A stretch of DNA of 64,000 nt from Strigamia acuminata. Lineage: Eukaryota. The position numbers and the translations under genes were made by a program. Shown here one piece after another: positions 37,643 through 51,833 of this stretch. How positions within the stretch are numbered: the first letter of the stretch is position 1; every line of letters begins with the position of its first letter. Where the stretch lies: positions 1,984,001 through 2,048,000 of the forward strand of contig OX442314.1 of assembly GCA_949358305.1 (NCBI GenBank), written 5' to 3'. The notes beneath the pieces are model-generated. The model saw only the letters and a program-made list of their open reading frames with translations, made no database searches and had not been told where the DNA came from.

Positions 37643-40600
37643 ATGAAGACCAGATTCAGCACGATCGATCTCGTCGCCTCCGTGGCGGAGCTACAGAGGT
37701 TGTCATCGACTTGTTTTTGAATTTATTTATTTATTTATTTGTTTATTCTAGCATCCTGCATATGCGCATCGTCAACGTCTACGACATCGACCACAAAACA
37801 TATTTATTCAAGCTTGCCAAGTCGGTTTGATCGTTGAAATAAATCGAAAATTGAAAATTAAACGTTTTATTGATTAGGCCGGACCAGAAATGCGTGTTGC
37901 TCGTCGAATCGGGGAGCCGAATTCACAAGACCGAATACGAATGGCCGAAAAACCCTGCGCCGTCCGGATTCACAATGAAAGTATAAAATTAATCAAATAA
38001 ATCAAATCAAGATAAAAAAATTTAATTAAAAACGTTTTCAGTTGAGGAAACACGTCCACAATCGACGTCTCGAACAAATCCGTCAGTTGGGCATCGATCG
38101 TATCGTTGATTTGCAATTCGGCAGCGACGAAGCCGCTTACCACGTGATCGTCGAGCTCTACGATCGGGTAAAACACGAAAACCGCGAAAACAAACGTAAA
38201 ACTTTACAAAATTTGTTTTGTAACAGGGAAATATCGTTTTGACGGACCACGAGTACACTATATTGAACGTGCTGCGACCGAGGACCGACAACGAGGACGT
38301 GCGCTTCGTCGTCCACGAGAAATATCCGCTCGACAGAGCGAAGGATCGCTTACCCGTCATGCCCGTCGAGAAGTCCGTTATTTCACTTCATTTTGTGTTC
38401 TTTTATTTAATTCTACTCGTTTTAGGTTGCGCGAGATCCTCTTGCACGCCAAAGAAGGCGACAACCTTCGCAAAGTGTTGAACCCGCACTTGGGTGAGTC
38501 GTCCGACTCAAACTGAGTTTGGATTGAATTGAGTCGGATTCGGATGGTCCCAAATCAATCCGATGTTTTTTGAATCGGATTGGATAATACAAAATTTTAT
38601 CCATATATTCTGGATAGGATTGGGGGAAAAAATTGAAACTGATCCTTATAATCAGAAACTTGATTTGCTGTAAATGAAATAATTTTTTTTGTTGAGTTTT
38701 TGGTGCTTATGCCAAATCGAGGGATTTAAGGTTTTTTTCTCACTTTTTTCGACTTTTTTGGTCAGTTTTTCACTTGGTTAAATTTTTTTTTGTCATTTCT
38801 GCGCTTTAATTTATCATTTTTTGGTCATTTTTGCACTTAATTCATCATTTTTTTTATCATTTTTGCACTAAATTTATTATTTTTGCACATAATTTATTAT
38901 TTTTGCACTTAATTCACCATTTTTTTTGGTCATTTTTGCACTTAATTTATTATTTTTGCACTTAATTTATTATTTTTTTGGTCATTTTTGCACTTAATTT
39001 ATCATTTTTTGGTCATTTTTGCACTTAATTTATCATTTTTTGGTCATTTTTGCACTTAATTTATCATTTTTTGGTCATTTTTGCACTTAATTTATCATTT
39101 TTATTTTTTTAAATTTTTATCTGCAGAATATGGACCGGCTTTGATCGATCACGCGCTGCTCGCGTCGCAGTTTCCTGAAAACGTGAAAATCGGAGACGGA
39201 TTCGATTTGACGCGGGATATTCCACGTTTGCTGGACGCGTTTGCAGTGGCCGAAGAGATGTTGACTTCGTCGATGCAAGGAAAATGCAAAGTGAGGAAGA
39301 TAAAATGAAATTGATTTTTTAAAAAAAAAATTAAAATAATATTTTTTTAGGGTTATATCACTCAGAAAGTGGAAAAGCGACCGGGCAAAGCCGAGAGCGA
39401 GAAGTTGTATTTGGTGTACAACGAATTCCATCCGTTCCTCTACGGGCAGAACGAAAAGAAGGAGTTTATCGAGTTTATTTCGTTCAACGACGCAATCGAC
39501 GAGTTTTTTTCGAAACTAGAGAGCCAGAAACTCGACATGAAGGCCATCCAGCAGGAGAAGGAAGCGTTCAAGAAACTGGAGAACGTCCGAAAGGACCACG
39601 AGACGAGAATCGACAGCTTGCAAAGAAATCAAGTATTTAAATTTAAATAATTTTTTTAAATTGATTTGTATGAATTTTAATGGTAATACAGGAAGACGAT
39701 AAACAAAAGGCGGAACTGATCGAAATGAATCTGAATTTGGTGGAGAAAGCGATTTTGACGGTGCAGAGCGCGATCGCCAACCAGATCGACTGGAAGGAGA
39801 TTAAACAGTTGATTCAAGAGGCCGCTCAACAAGGCGATCCGACTGCCAAGTCCATCAAGGGCCTCAAATTCGAGATCAACAACATGACGATGCTGCTCAG
39901 CAACCCGATCGAGTCCGACTCCGACGACTCCGACGAGGAAAACGTGACGGAAAAACAAGAAAACGTGAAGCAAAACGCCAAACCGCAGCTCATCGACATC
40001 GATTTGGACTTGAGCGCCTACGCCAACGCCAAAAAGTAAGGAAATAAATGCGAAAAACACGAAATAAATGCGAAACACGAAATAAATGCGAAAAACACGA
40101 AATAAATGCGAAACACGAAACAAATGCGAAAAACACGAAATAAGTGCGAAAAACACGAAACAAATGCGAAAAACACGAAACAAATGCGAAACAAATGCGA
40201 AAAACACGAAATAAATGCGAAAAACACGAAATTAATGCGAAAAACACGAAACAAACACGAAATTAATGCGAAAAACACGAAACAAATACGAAATTAATGC
40301 GAAAAACATGAAATAAATGCGAAATAAATGCGAAAAACACGTAATAAATGCGAAAAATACGAAATAACTGCGAAAAACACGTAATAAATGCGAAAAATAC
40401 GAAATAACTGCGAAAAACACGAAACGAATACGAAATAAATGCGAAAACCACGAAATAAATGCGAAATAAATGCGAAAAACACGAAATAACTGCGAAAAAC
40501 ACGAAACGAATACGAAATAAATGCGAAAACCACGAAATAAATGCGAAATAAATGCGAAAAACACGAAATAAATGCAAAAAACACGAAATAAATACGTAAT

Positions 40601-43388
40601 AAATGCGAAATAAATGCGAAAAACACGAAATAAATGCGAAAAACACGAAATAAATGCGAAAAACACGAAATAAAACACAGAAAAAAGCACAAAAACACGA
40701 AAAACACCACGGAAAAAAGAAAGAAAACAAAGTTGAAATGATTAAAATGTTTATTTTAGGTACTACGACAAGAAGAAATTCGCTTTGAAGAAGGAGCAGA
40801 AGACGCTGGAGTCGTCGAGCAAAGCGTACAAATCGGCGGAGAAGAAGATGAAGCAGACGTTGAAGGAAGTGGCGACGGTGACGAGCATCAACAAAGCGCG
40901 CAAGACGCACTGGTTCGAGAAGTTCCTGTGGTTCGTGAGCTCGGAGAACTACCTGGTGATCGGCGGACGGGACCAGCAGCAGAACGAGATCGTGGTGAAG
41001 CGCTACCTGCGTGCGGGCGACGTGTACGTGCACGCCGACCTTCACGGCGCCAGCAGCATCGTCATCAAGAACCCGAGCGCCAAAGAGATCCCGCCCAAGA
41101 CGCTCAACGAGGCCGGCACGATGGCCGTGTGCAGCAGCGCCGCCTGGGAGAGCAAGGTTGTCACCAGCGCGTGGTGGGTCAACCCCGACCAGGTGTCGAA
41201 AACGGCGCCCACCGGCGAGTACTTGACCACCGGTAGTTTCATGATTCGCGGCAAGAAGAATTATCTGCCTCCGTGTTACCTCGTCATGGGCTTTGGTTTT
41301 CTTTTCAAGGTGAAATTTAATTAAATATGTTGAAATTCAATGAAATTCGATTAAATGCGTATGAAATTCAATGAAATTCGAAGAAATTCGAATGAAATTC
41401 GAAGAAATTCGAATGAAATTCGATGCGATTCGATAAAATTCGATGAAAATCGATGAAATTCGATGCGTTTCGCTGAAATTTGAATGAAATTCGATGAAAT
41501 GCGAATGGAAATCGATGAAATTCGATGAAATTCGATGCGTTTCGATGAAGTTTGAATGAAATTCGATGAAATTCGAATGAAAATCGATGAAATTCGAATG
41601 AAATTCGATGAAATTCGAATGAAATTCGATGAAATTCGAATGAAAATCGATGAAATTCGAATGAAAATCGATGAAATTCGAATGAAAATCGATGAAATTC
41701 GATGCGTTTCGATGAAGTTTGAATGAAATTCGATGAAATTCGAATGAAAATCGATGAAATTTGAATGAAATTCGATGAAATTCGAATAAAAATCGATGAA
41801 ATTCGAATGAAATTCGATGAAATTCGAATGAAAATCGATGAAATTCGAATGAAAATCGATGAAATTCGAATGAAAATCGATGGGATTCGATGGAATTTGA
41901 TGAAATTCGATGAAATTCAATGAAATTCAATGAAATTCAATTAATCAATTACTAAATTACTTTGTTTTCAGTTGGATGAGGAGAGCATTCCCAACCATAA
42001 GGACGAGAGGAGAGTGAGGACCGTGAACGACGAGGGCGTCGCGTCGGCGCAGATGGACGAGAACACTCAGGAAGTGGAGATCGCGCTGCAGGAGGACAGC
42101 GACGAGGAAGTGTTGATCGAACAAGACGCGGAACATCGGAAATTAGGGAACGTTGAAGAAGAAGAAGAAGAAGAAGACGGAGAAGATAAAAGAAGCCAGT
42201 TTCCCGACACCGTTATCGATTTGGAACATGTTGAGGGCGACAGGTGCGAAAGCGGCAGAATTGGAAATTCTTCCATGTTGATATTTAATTTGGAAATAAT
42301 TCCATGTTGATATTTAATTTGGAAAAAAAATCCATTTTGATTTAAATTTCAGGTTCGTGGCGAAACCGCGGTCGAATACGAGCACGAGCGTCGACGATAA
42401 CGTGATTTATTTGGGCGATAAGCAGCCGGTGATTATCAAGCCGTCGGTGCAGCGAGAAAACTCGAATAAAAGCAGCGCCAATTCGAATAGAGACGAAAAC
42501 GCCGTCGACGACGAGAAAAAGGCGGCTAAAGGGACGCCGCAGTGTGGAACTCAATTGAAGCGTGGTCAAAAAGTAGCAAAAAGCAAAAAATGCTTATTAT
42601 TTTAATTTAATATTGAATATTGAATATTTCAGTTCAAATTGAAGAAGATGAGAGAGAAATACAAAGATCAGGACGAAGAGGACCGCGTTCTGGCCATGGC
42701 GCTGTTGCAGGGAACCAACGAGAGGAGGAAAGACAAGAAATCCAAGGACAACAAAGCCAACAAGTCCGACGGAAAAGGCAAAAACAAAACCAAAGCGAAT
42801 AAAGGACAACCGAAACAAACGCCGGCCGAGCCACGAGCCGACAGAAAAGCGGCCGACGAAGGCGGCGTGTCGGACGACGAGAACGAGGCCAAACAACAAG
42901 CGGAAGAAGTATAAAACATAATTGAATTTAATCTAAAAAATATATAATTTTTACATTTAGAATGCGCACTTGTTGGATTCGTTGACGGGGATTCCGTTGC
43001 CCGACGACGTGCAACTGTACGCGGTTCCCGTGTGCGCTCCGTACAACGCCATCGTCAATTACAAATTCAAAGTGAAATTGACGCCGGGCTCGGGAAAACG
43101 AGGCAAAGGTATCCAAATCCATCGCATAATTCACTAAATATTTATTCATTTATTCGTTTCAGCCGCAAAAACCGCACTCGCAATGTTCCTGCACGACAAA
43201 ACAGCGACGCCCCGCGAAAAGGATTTATTTCGAAGCGTTAAAGTTGGTTTAATACAATTCTTATTTATTTATTTATTTATTTATTTATTGATTGATTTAT
43301 TTCTACTCAGGACCAAGACATATCGCGCAATCTTCCGGGCAAAGTGAAGCTGTCGGCGCCGCAGTTGCTGAAGCAAAAACAAAGATGA
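37643..43388 (+). CDS. NEMF: Ribosome quality control factor NEMF (Rqc2/Caliban), ~15 exons
   Basis: [118 protein letters not shown], ending [11 protein letters not shown]. Confidence 0.96.
40040..40715. repeat. Intronic minisatellite (GAAATAAATGCGAAAAACAC)n
   Basis: Tandem array in a NEMF intron. Confidence 0.9.
41330..41940. repeat. Intronic minisatellite (ATGAAATTCG / GAATGAAAATCG)n
   Basis: Tandem array in a NEMF intron. Confidence 0.9.
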
Positions 43389-43475
43389 TCCGACACATTT
43401 CTCGCTTAATAAACTCTTTTTATTATTATTACTAATCATTTCATTTCATTTGTCGTTTTCCTTTTTAATTTCATT

Positions 43476-45975
43476 TTAACCACTGTTGACCATCGTAGTT
43501 TGACTGGACGAAGTCGATTTCCACTTGAGTTTATCACGAGACGGAAGCGGCGGGTGAAAGAAACTGCATCCGGATTGAGTGCAACTTAATCCGTAGCGAC
43601 ACGGCTGCAAAATCCATTCAATTCATTTAAAATCAAATTTGATTTACTTTTAAAACGAAAAACGAACTCACTTTGGGATGATAAAACGAACAATTCAAAT
43701 TGCTACATTTCGGGTAAAATTTACACTGTTGGTCTTTGGGCGCCGAATTCGGTCTGAATTTGGGCGCCAAAACGATGGCGGGCGCCACCTGCGTCAAAAT
43801 GCGTCTGCTCGCGTGCGTGAATGGGCAGTTCTGTCGCGTGCACGTCGCGTCGTATTTACAATTGGGGTGAATGTAATGGCATTTGTCTCCGAATCGACAA
43901 TTCGGAAAAGTCCTAAAAATTTAAAATTTAAAAATAATTGTAAACATTTTCATTTATTCTTTGATTTCTGCACTCACTTGCACTGTACGGAAGGATGCTG
44001 GTACGAACATTCGCCGCCGTTCTTGCAGATCGGCCAATATTTACATCTTTCCGCGCTTTTTGAATTCTTCTCGGAATTCTCGACCTCGTCGCTGTCGATC
44101 AGCATCTCGTATTCGTCCTCGTCCTCGTCCAGGTCGATCAACTCCGACTCCGAGATCGATCGCTGCTCCTTGAAAATCATCTGCTTCGACGAGAACTTTG
44201 TCGGGTCGACCCCGTCCAGCGTCACGATGAAAGTCGGACTCACCACGCTCTTCATTTCGTTCCTTCTAACATAAAATCGAATTTAATCAAATAAAATCGA
44301 CATAAATCAAATTAAATCGAAATAAATCAAATTAAATCGAATTAAATCGAATTAAATCAAATTAAATCAAATTAAATCGAATTAAATCAAATTAAATCGA
44401 AATAAATAAAATTAAATCGAAATAAATCGGAAAAAATAAAATTAAATCGAAATAAATAAAATTAAATCGAAATAAATCAAATTAAACCGAAATAAATCAA
44501 ATTCAATTCAATTAAATCAAATTAAATCTAAACAAATATTTAACATCGATATTTAAAAGGCGTTTATCGTTTATCAATTACTCGTTATCCGCGATGATGC
44601 ATCGCTTGGTCGCCTCGTCGTCGAGCTGCATAAACTCCTCCTCCTCCTCCACGTCCACGTCCGCAGCCACCTCGACCGTCGATTTGCGCGGCAGGACCAC
44701 CGCTGCGTTCGGATTCGACGCCGGCATCATCATCATCATCGCTCGATGTTTCCTCGTGAACAACTGCGGTCTCGGCGCCACCTCGCCCGCGATCTCCGAA
44801 TCTGAACAACGCAAAAATTCATTCAATTCAATTTCAATTCAATTCAATCAAATTTCTTTGAGTTCTTTTACTATTTTTGCTGTTCTTGGACGCTTCCAGC
44901 ATCGACTTTTTCGCCTCGGCCACGGCTCGCATGAGGAGGTTCTTGTTGGCCTGCAGATTGGGCGGCACGCTCGAACGTCGCTCAGAGATCTTCACAACGC
45001 TCGCGATCCCAGTGCTGTGGAAATTCGTCTCGTCTTCCTCGTCGCTCTCGACCGGGCGCGACAGCACAGCGCCCACCGTCGAGCTGGGCGGCGCACGGCG
45101 CTTCTGAAGCGGCTGCTCCGTCACCGTCGCCATCGGAACGGATCTCTTCGTTGCGCGCGTCGCTGCTCTCTGCACGGGCGACACCACGTTCTGCTTTCTC
45201 CGCTCTTTCGACGGCGAAGGATCGTTCGACGGTTTGTTCAAAGCCAACTCCTCCGCCAGCAAATCGTCTGAAAATTAATATTAAATTGAATTTCAATTTT
45301 TATATTTTAAATAAACGTTCGACACCTTCTTCCTGCTCGGCTTTAAGAGCCAGGATTTCGTCCTGCACGTCGTAATTATCAATTTCTTGCGCCGCTGCGG
45401 CTTGGTTGTTCTTCTTAACGACCGAATCTAGACAATAAAATGAAAAAATTAGATTTTTTCGTGTTAAAAACGATTTTTTGCCAATTTTACCGGAAGTGAC
45501 CGACTGTAATCGCTCCAAAACTTCGTGCAACCTTCGAAATTGCGATTTATTTTATTAATGAATTATTTTACTCTAATTATTTATGTATTTGACGTTACCA
45601 CGTGGTGAATTTCGACGTGTTCGCCGCCAGAAAAAGGTGCAGATCGTCGTCCATTTGTCCCTTCGTCTTTCTATTGGCCACCATCACCATTATGTAGTCG
45701 GGCAACTCGTCGTCTGAAATTTAAAAAAAAATAAAAAAAACACCGAATTAATCTCTACTTTTCCCCTTAAATTCTTTTCTTACCAATATACACTCCTAAT
45801 TCGATCAACTTGGCTTTGATAGCGGACTGAAACGGAAATAAAACGATCAACAAGTCTCGAAAAGCATCAAAATTTCGACGCGATAAATAAAATACTAAAG
45901 AAAAAACGTCAAAAAAATGAAAATAAATAAACTAACCCTTATTTTCTGACTAACATCGGCTCCCATAGCTTCCAT
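43476..45975 (-). CDS. ZC3H14: Zinc finger CCCH domain-containing protein 14 (Nab2), polyadenosine RNA-binding
   Basis: N-terminal PWI-like SAIKAKLIELG..DDELPDYIMVMVAN..FL..NT.KFT.WL, QANKNLLMRAVAEA, PTFIVTLDG, C-terminal CCCH fingers (ERCKYWPICKNG.EC.Y.HP) and RDKLKW. Confidence 0.93.
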
Positions 45976-46155
45976 CTCGCGTCGACGAGCTTTAAAAGCG
46001 CGGTGATATCGGCAATAATTCACTCGCGCTACAATTTTCCGCTTTCCTTCGAGATCCAACACAAAACACAAAACAAACCGACCAATCCACCGAATCTACT
46101 GCGCACGCTCATAAATCCTTCCATTTTCCGTCGCCAGAAGTCGCCGGCGACTGAA

Positions 46156-47082
46156 ATGTTTTTCTGCATCAAGATCCTGACTCGTTTTTGGCCGCAACTT
46201 CGCCGGTAATTAAATAACTCGTATAACGAGCCGAAATTCAAACACTTTTTCCTACCCCGCAGACTCCTATCGTCGTGGCTGCCGCGCCTCTTCCCGCACG
46301 ACATCCGCGTCATCCACCAAAGCGCCGACTACATAATCGTCAACAAACACCACGATTTAGTTCTCAACGGCGACAACTGGAGCGAATCTGTCGAAAAACA
46401 ACTGTGCAAACGTTTTCCTTCATTAGTCAACCCAAAACTCACCTTCGGCTTCCACTTTCCGCACCGCCTCGACTACTCGACGAGCGGAGTCCTCTGCGTG
46501 GCGCTCAACAAACGTGCGGCGGCCTCGGCGGTCGACGCATTCACTCGGCGCGCGAGTCGCAAATACTACCTGGCGCTCGTCCGCGGTCACCTGAGTCGCG
46601 AGCGACTGGCCATCGACGCGGGCATCGGCCAGGACCTCCGACTCAACCACACGCACCGAATGTGCACGTGGGACAAACGATATTGCGACCGTGCCAAAGT
46701 CGCGAGCACCAAACTGTTGGTGCTGCAACGAGGCGTCTACGACGGATACCCGGCCACCAAGTTGCTCATCAAACCGATCACCGGCCGCCGGCATCAAATC
46801 CGCGTGCATTGCGCGGAGATCGGACACACGATAGTCGGCGACTACACGTATAGTGACCGCAGGGACTCGGCGTCGTACCGCATGTTCCTGCACGCGTATC
46901 GGTTGGTCGTGCCGACGGACGTCGAAAAGATCGATATTCGGACGGGGGATCCGTTCGACGTGGTCCGGCAGCGGGGCAAGTGGATCGTGGTCGAGACTGT
47001 CAACGAATTGGACGAAAATGTGTTCGACGCGATTGACCAAACGTGTGCGCACGAAATGCGCGTGGTTAACAGTAGACTTTGA
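46156..47082 (+). CDS. RPUSD1: RluA-family pseudouridine synthase domain protein (RPUSD1-like), 2 exons
   Basis: DYIIVNK, FPHRLDYSTSGVL (catalytic Asp), KYYLALVRG, PITGRRHQIRVH, HTIVGDYTY, RMFLHA. Confidence 0.88.
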
Positions 47083-47147
47083 CCTTTTAATTTAAAATTT
47101 ATCTTTTCAAATGAATAAATGCAACATTTTGCACTATTTTTTAACGA

Positions 47148-47914
47148 TTAATTAAATAAAAATGTATGTTTGTTTGTTCAAAATCTTAAATCTCCGAAAG
47201 TTCTTCACCGATTGCTTTGAAATTTTGACACAACATTGCATTCGAATATATATAGGTACATGTTTTATATACCTACTGAATGGATGTCACACCTGTGACA
47301 GGTAAAACATGCTTCTTTTTTTTTTTTTTTTAAAAACAGCGCCATCTGTTGAATGTAAATGCAACACGGGATTTATTTCCACGGGATGTATTTTCACGGG
47401 ATTTATTTCTCCGGGATTTATTTCCACGGGATTTATTTTCTCGGGATGTATTTCCACGGGATTTATTTCCACGGGATTTATTTCCACGGGATTTATTTTC
47501 CCGGGATTTATTTCCCCGGGATTTATTTCCCCGGGATTTATTTCCCCGGGATTTATTTCCCCGGGATTTATTTCCACGGGATTTATTTCCCCGGGATTTA
47601 TTTCCACGGGATTTATTTCCACGGGATTTATTTCCCCGGGATTTATTTCCCCGGGATTTATTTCCACGGGATTTATTTCCCCGGGATTTATTTCCCCGGG
47701 ATTTATTTCCCCGGGATTTATTTCCCCGGGATTTATTTCCACGGGATTTATTTCCCCGGGATTTATTTCCCCGGGATTTATTTCCCCGGGATTTATTTCC
47801 ACGGGATTTATTTCCACGGGATTTATTTCCACGGGATTTATTTCCACGGGATTTATTTCCTCGGGATTTATTTCCACGGGATTTATGAGCCACGGCAATG
47901 GCTGGTACAGCTGG
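47148..47914 (+). mobile_element. Helitron-like element with an expanded 15-bp array (CGGGATTTATTTCC[A/C])n
   Basis: Same 5' region as 25260-25721. About 34 tandem units at 47367-47887. 3' end CAGCTGG followed by T. Confidence 0.75.
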
Positions 47915-48344
47915 TAATAAATAAATAAATAAATAAATAAATAAAACGAGTGTGTTTTAGTTAAATGGATATATAAAAATGGTTTTTATTGCTCTATCGA
48001 CTGCAATTACGGTAAAAAACATCATTTGTTTTTCCTTTCGAAATGTCGAGAAAACAACTCGGGGAAAATATACAAAAATAACATGGTTGTTCGTCACTCA
48101 CCATCCACCACATCGTTATTTACATGATCAACAACAACAACAAGAACAAAAAAGTAGAAAACATAACACATTAATTAACGATTTGAAATAATGAGGGAAT
48201 TAAAATGCAATGGAATTCATCATTTGTGTGTATATATGTATGGCTAAACGTTTTTGTCGGATGATTGCACTTAAAACGAACGAAATCTTAGCAGTTTTTT
48301 TGTTCAATTCAAAGAAGTAAAGGCACGATCGAGCCTTCGCCGTA

Positions 48345-51300
48345 TCAAAGAAACATGGTCGCCGAATGATGATTGCTGCGGTCGCCCAAGTCCAGCTCCA
48401 TTTCGCCCAGTTCCTGGAACCCCAGCTGACTCAGCGACGCGGTGGCCATCGCTATGTCTGGCATGGTGTCGCTCAAATGCCCCTCGCTCGTATCCGCCAC
48501 CTGTTTCAATATCAAAAAATGAAAATTAGACCGACCGAGATCAGACTTTCAAGTAAAAACCGTAAAAACCGAACCTTTGAGTTTTTAAACAATAAAAATA
48601 GTAATTCAGCTCAAATATAACCCTTTTAGACCCAAAACTCCAGTTTTTAGCTCAAATATGGCCATTTCAGATTAAAAATCCTAGTTTTTAGTTCAAATAT
48701 GACCATTTTAGACCAAAAATCCTCGTTTTTAGCTCAAATATACCCATTTTAGACCAAAAATCCCAGCTTTTAGCTCAAAAATGCCCATTTTAGACCAAAA
48801 ATCCCAGCTTTTAGCTCAAAAATGCCCATTTTAGACCAAAAATCCCAGCTTTTAGCTCAAAAATGCCCATTTTAGACCAAAAATCCTCGTTTTTAGCTCA
48901 AATATACCCATTTTAGACCAAAAACCCCAGTTTTCAGCTCAAATATGACCATTTTAGACCAAAGATCCTTGTTTTCAGCTCAAATATTGTCATATTAGAC
49001 CAAAAAATTTCCCAGGACTTTTTCTCACCTGATGGCGCCTGTGATGACTGTGACTGTGACGATGATAGGGACTGAACGAGCTGCCGATGTACGTCTCCAT
49101 GCACTCGTACGTTTGCACGTCCGAGCCCGTAACGGCGTCGTCGGGGCACTCGGGGCCCTCGGAATAGAAGTACGAAGCGCTCTGCAGCACCTCGGCCACT
49201 GCATCCGGCAAGTTGAACTCGCGCACGACCCGCAGCTGGATCTGGCGCGCCACGTCGGCGCGGTTCGTCTTGAGCAGCGAGACGGCGCGCTGCACGCACG
49301 GCGTCTGTCGCAGCTGCGCCTCCCGCTTGAGCATCGCGCGCAGCGTGTCCGGGTCGGGCACCGGGATGGCGCCGGCCACCACGTCCACGCTGGCGGTCGA
49401 GTAGTGCGCGGCCGGCTGCTCGTCCTCCTGCACCATGTAGAGCGTGTCGGGGATGTGCGACATGCGCACGTGGCGCAGCTGCAGCCGCAGCCGCGCCAGC
49501 TCCGAGTCCTGCGCCACGCGCTCCTCCAGCATCGCTTTGGCTTCCTCCACGTAAGGCATGAACAGACGCGGCTTGCTGCAGCTGCCGGGCCGGATCCACG
49601 AGCCGGGCCGCTGCGCCACGCAGCTCTGCGCGATGAGGCGCCGGCGTACGCACTGCGCCACGAGCTCGTGGTCGGGCGGAAGGATCTGGGCGACGCGCAC
49701 GAGCGGCAGCAGGTCCGCCAGCACGTCCCGCAGCTCGCCGTCGTTCAGCTCGCGCTTCTTCGCGCCTTTCTTCGTCACGCTGTGCGCCGTGTGGCTCAGC
49801 AAATTCGGTTCTGCGCAAATACAAATATAAATTATTAGAGAAATTATTACATAAATTGTTAATAACAACCTCTTTCTTCCATGCGCCGGATCAATTGGTG
49901 CTCGCCCCACTTGAGTAGCGCTTGCAGGACCTCCAGTTCGCTCGCCTGCAGGTAGTCCGACTGCAGCGCCGCCACGAGGTGCGAGCGCTCCATCTCGAGC
50001 AGCACGGACGAGGCGGCGACCGCTTGGAATTCCTCGCGGAGGAAATGCGTCGCCTGCCGATGCACCCAGGCCGAGCCGTGCGGTTGCTCACTCCACTTGA
50101 GCACGCCCACCACGTTCTCCACCGTTAAATTGTCGGCGATGATGTCTTCACAACCTGAAATGAATAAATAAATAGATTAAATTAAAGTAAATTAAATGAC
50201 AAAAAACAAATACGTGTGCAATACGTTGTAGTAAAATTAGAATAATGTACATTTTATCCGATAACTTTATACTTTTAGGTGAAAATTTCAATTTTTAAGC
50301 AAAAATTTCAATCTTTAAGCAAAAATTTCAATTTTTAAGCAAAAACTTCAATTTTTCAGCGAAAACTTCAATTTTTCAGCAAAAACTTCAATTTTTCAGC
50401 GAAAACTTCAATTTTTAAGCCAAAACTTCAATTTTTAAGCCAAAACTTCAATTTTTCAGCAAAAACTTCAATTTTTAAGCCAAAACTTCAATTTTTAAGC
50501 CAAAACTTTAATCTTTAAGGGAAAACCGCCTTTTTCAATGTAAAAATTCACCTTGAGCAAGGACGTCCAACTCCAGGAATCGTCCGATCTGGTAAATCTC
50601 CATCGCCTCTTCAGTCAGCGACGGATGGTGACTCCGCCCCGCCACCATAGCCTGCACCTCCGACAGCGACGAGTTGGACGGACTCCCCCGCAAAATCCCC
50701 GTCAGCTCGACCGTGTCCAAATAAATCGCGTGCAGCAACACCCGCGCGTACCGCTTCGGAATCACCGACTCGTCCAGCACGATCCGCGTCGGCGTGCGCA
50801 GCGCCCTCTCCGTCGTCTCCTCGCCCGACCTCGCCCGTCTCTGGATCAAATTACGAAAAAACGGCGAACGCGCCGACAAAATCGCCTTATGACACGGCAA
50901 CTCCAGCCGCGGCGCCGTCGAGAACCCGTACTCCCCCTGGAGCCCCAACCCCACCCCCAACAGCCTCTCCCCGCCGTCCGACGGCGACTGCTGCAACGAC
51001 GACGACAGCACGTCCGACGTGAACACCAGCACCGCGTCCGCGTACTCCCCCGTGTCCAACAGGTGGCGCAGATCGTGCTCGAGCGCGTTCGGCGTGCCCA
51101 GCTCGTCCCCGAGCGTCATCAGCTCGAGCACGTCCAGCTGGTGCGCCCGCGACGCCCCCGCCGGCACCTGGCCCGTGTAGAGGAAGCGCAGCAGCGACGA
51201 GAACGTCGCGCAGTCCACGGCCGCCTTAGTTCGCGCATCCACCGCCGCGCGCGCCCCGCAGCGCGCCAGCAGCTCGCGGAAGTAGGGACAGCGCACCGAG

Positions 51301-51833
51301 AGGATGGCGCGGTGCGCGGCGAAGCTCGTGCCGCGGAACACCAGCTCCACGTCCGTGCAGTACTTCATGTCGTACAGGTCGCTCAGGTCCTGCTGGAAGG
51401 CGGGCGCGGGCGGGCGCGCCGCCTCGGCCTGCGCCACCAGCTCCCGCAGCGCGCCCGCCGCCTCGTACTCCTCGACGAGCGCGTGAACCTCGCGAGGGCT
51501 CCATTCCGACACCAGGTCGCGGATGGAGCGCACGTGGTCGAACGATTTGCTCGAGCGGCGCCTGCGCATCGCGAGTTTCTTGCGCAGCGTGGCGAAGCCG
51601 GCGATGCGCCGCTTCTTGTTATTGTCTTTGGCGATCGCCGAGAGCTGCTCGGACGTGCCGGACACCGACACGCCGCTCGGCCACTCGTCTTGGACGTCTT
51701 CTTCTTGGTTTTGCCGCTGCTGGGGTTGGCGCTGCTGGTATTGGTGTTGTTGGCGCTGCGTGTATTGGTGTTGTTGTTGGTGTTGTTGTTGGTGGTGGCC
51801 ACCGCTCATTAACGACGACGTGTTCGTCCCCAT
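48345..51833 (-). CDS. BTBD7: BTB/POZ domain-containing protein 7, 4 coding exons
   Basis: MG.N.S start, KKRRIAGFATLRKKL, HALVEEYE, two BTB domains (YCTDVELVF..HRAILSVRCPYF; LPCHKAILSARSPFF), IVLDESVIPKRYA and BACK region FLREEF..LQASELEVL..KWGE. Confidence 0.95.

Noticed and set aside
47287..47928. Long repetitive ORFs in several frames (EINPG, RDLFP, GIYFH repeats) and a CRISPR-like look
   Set aside because: Pure 15-bp tandem repeat with no unique spacers, inside a Helitron-like element. The ORFs are a by-product of a unit lacking stops.
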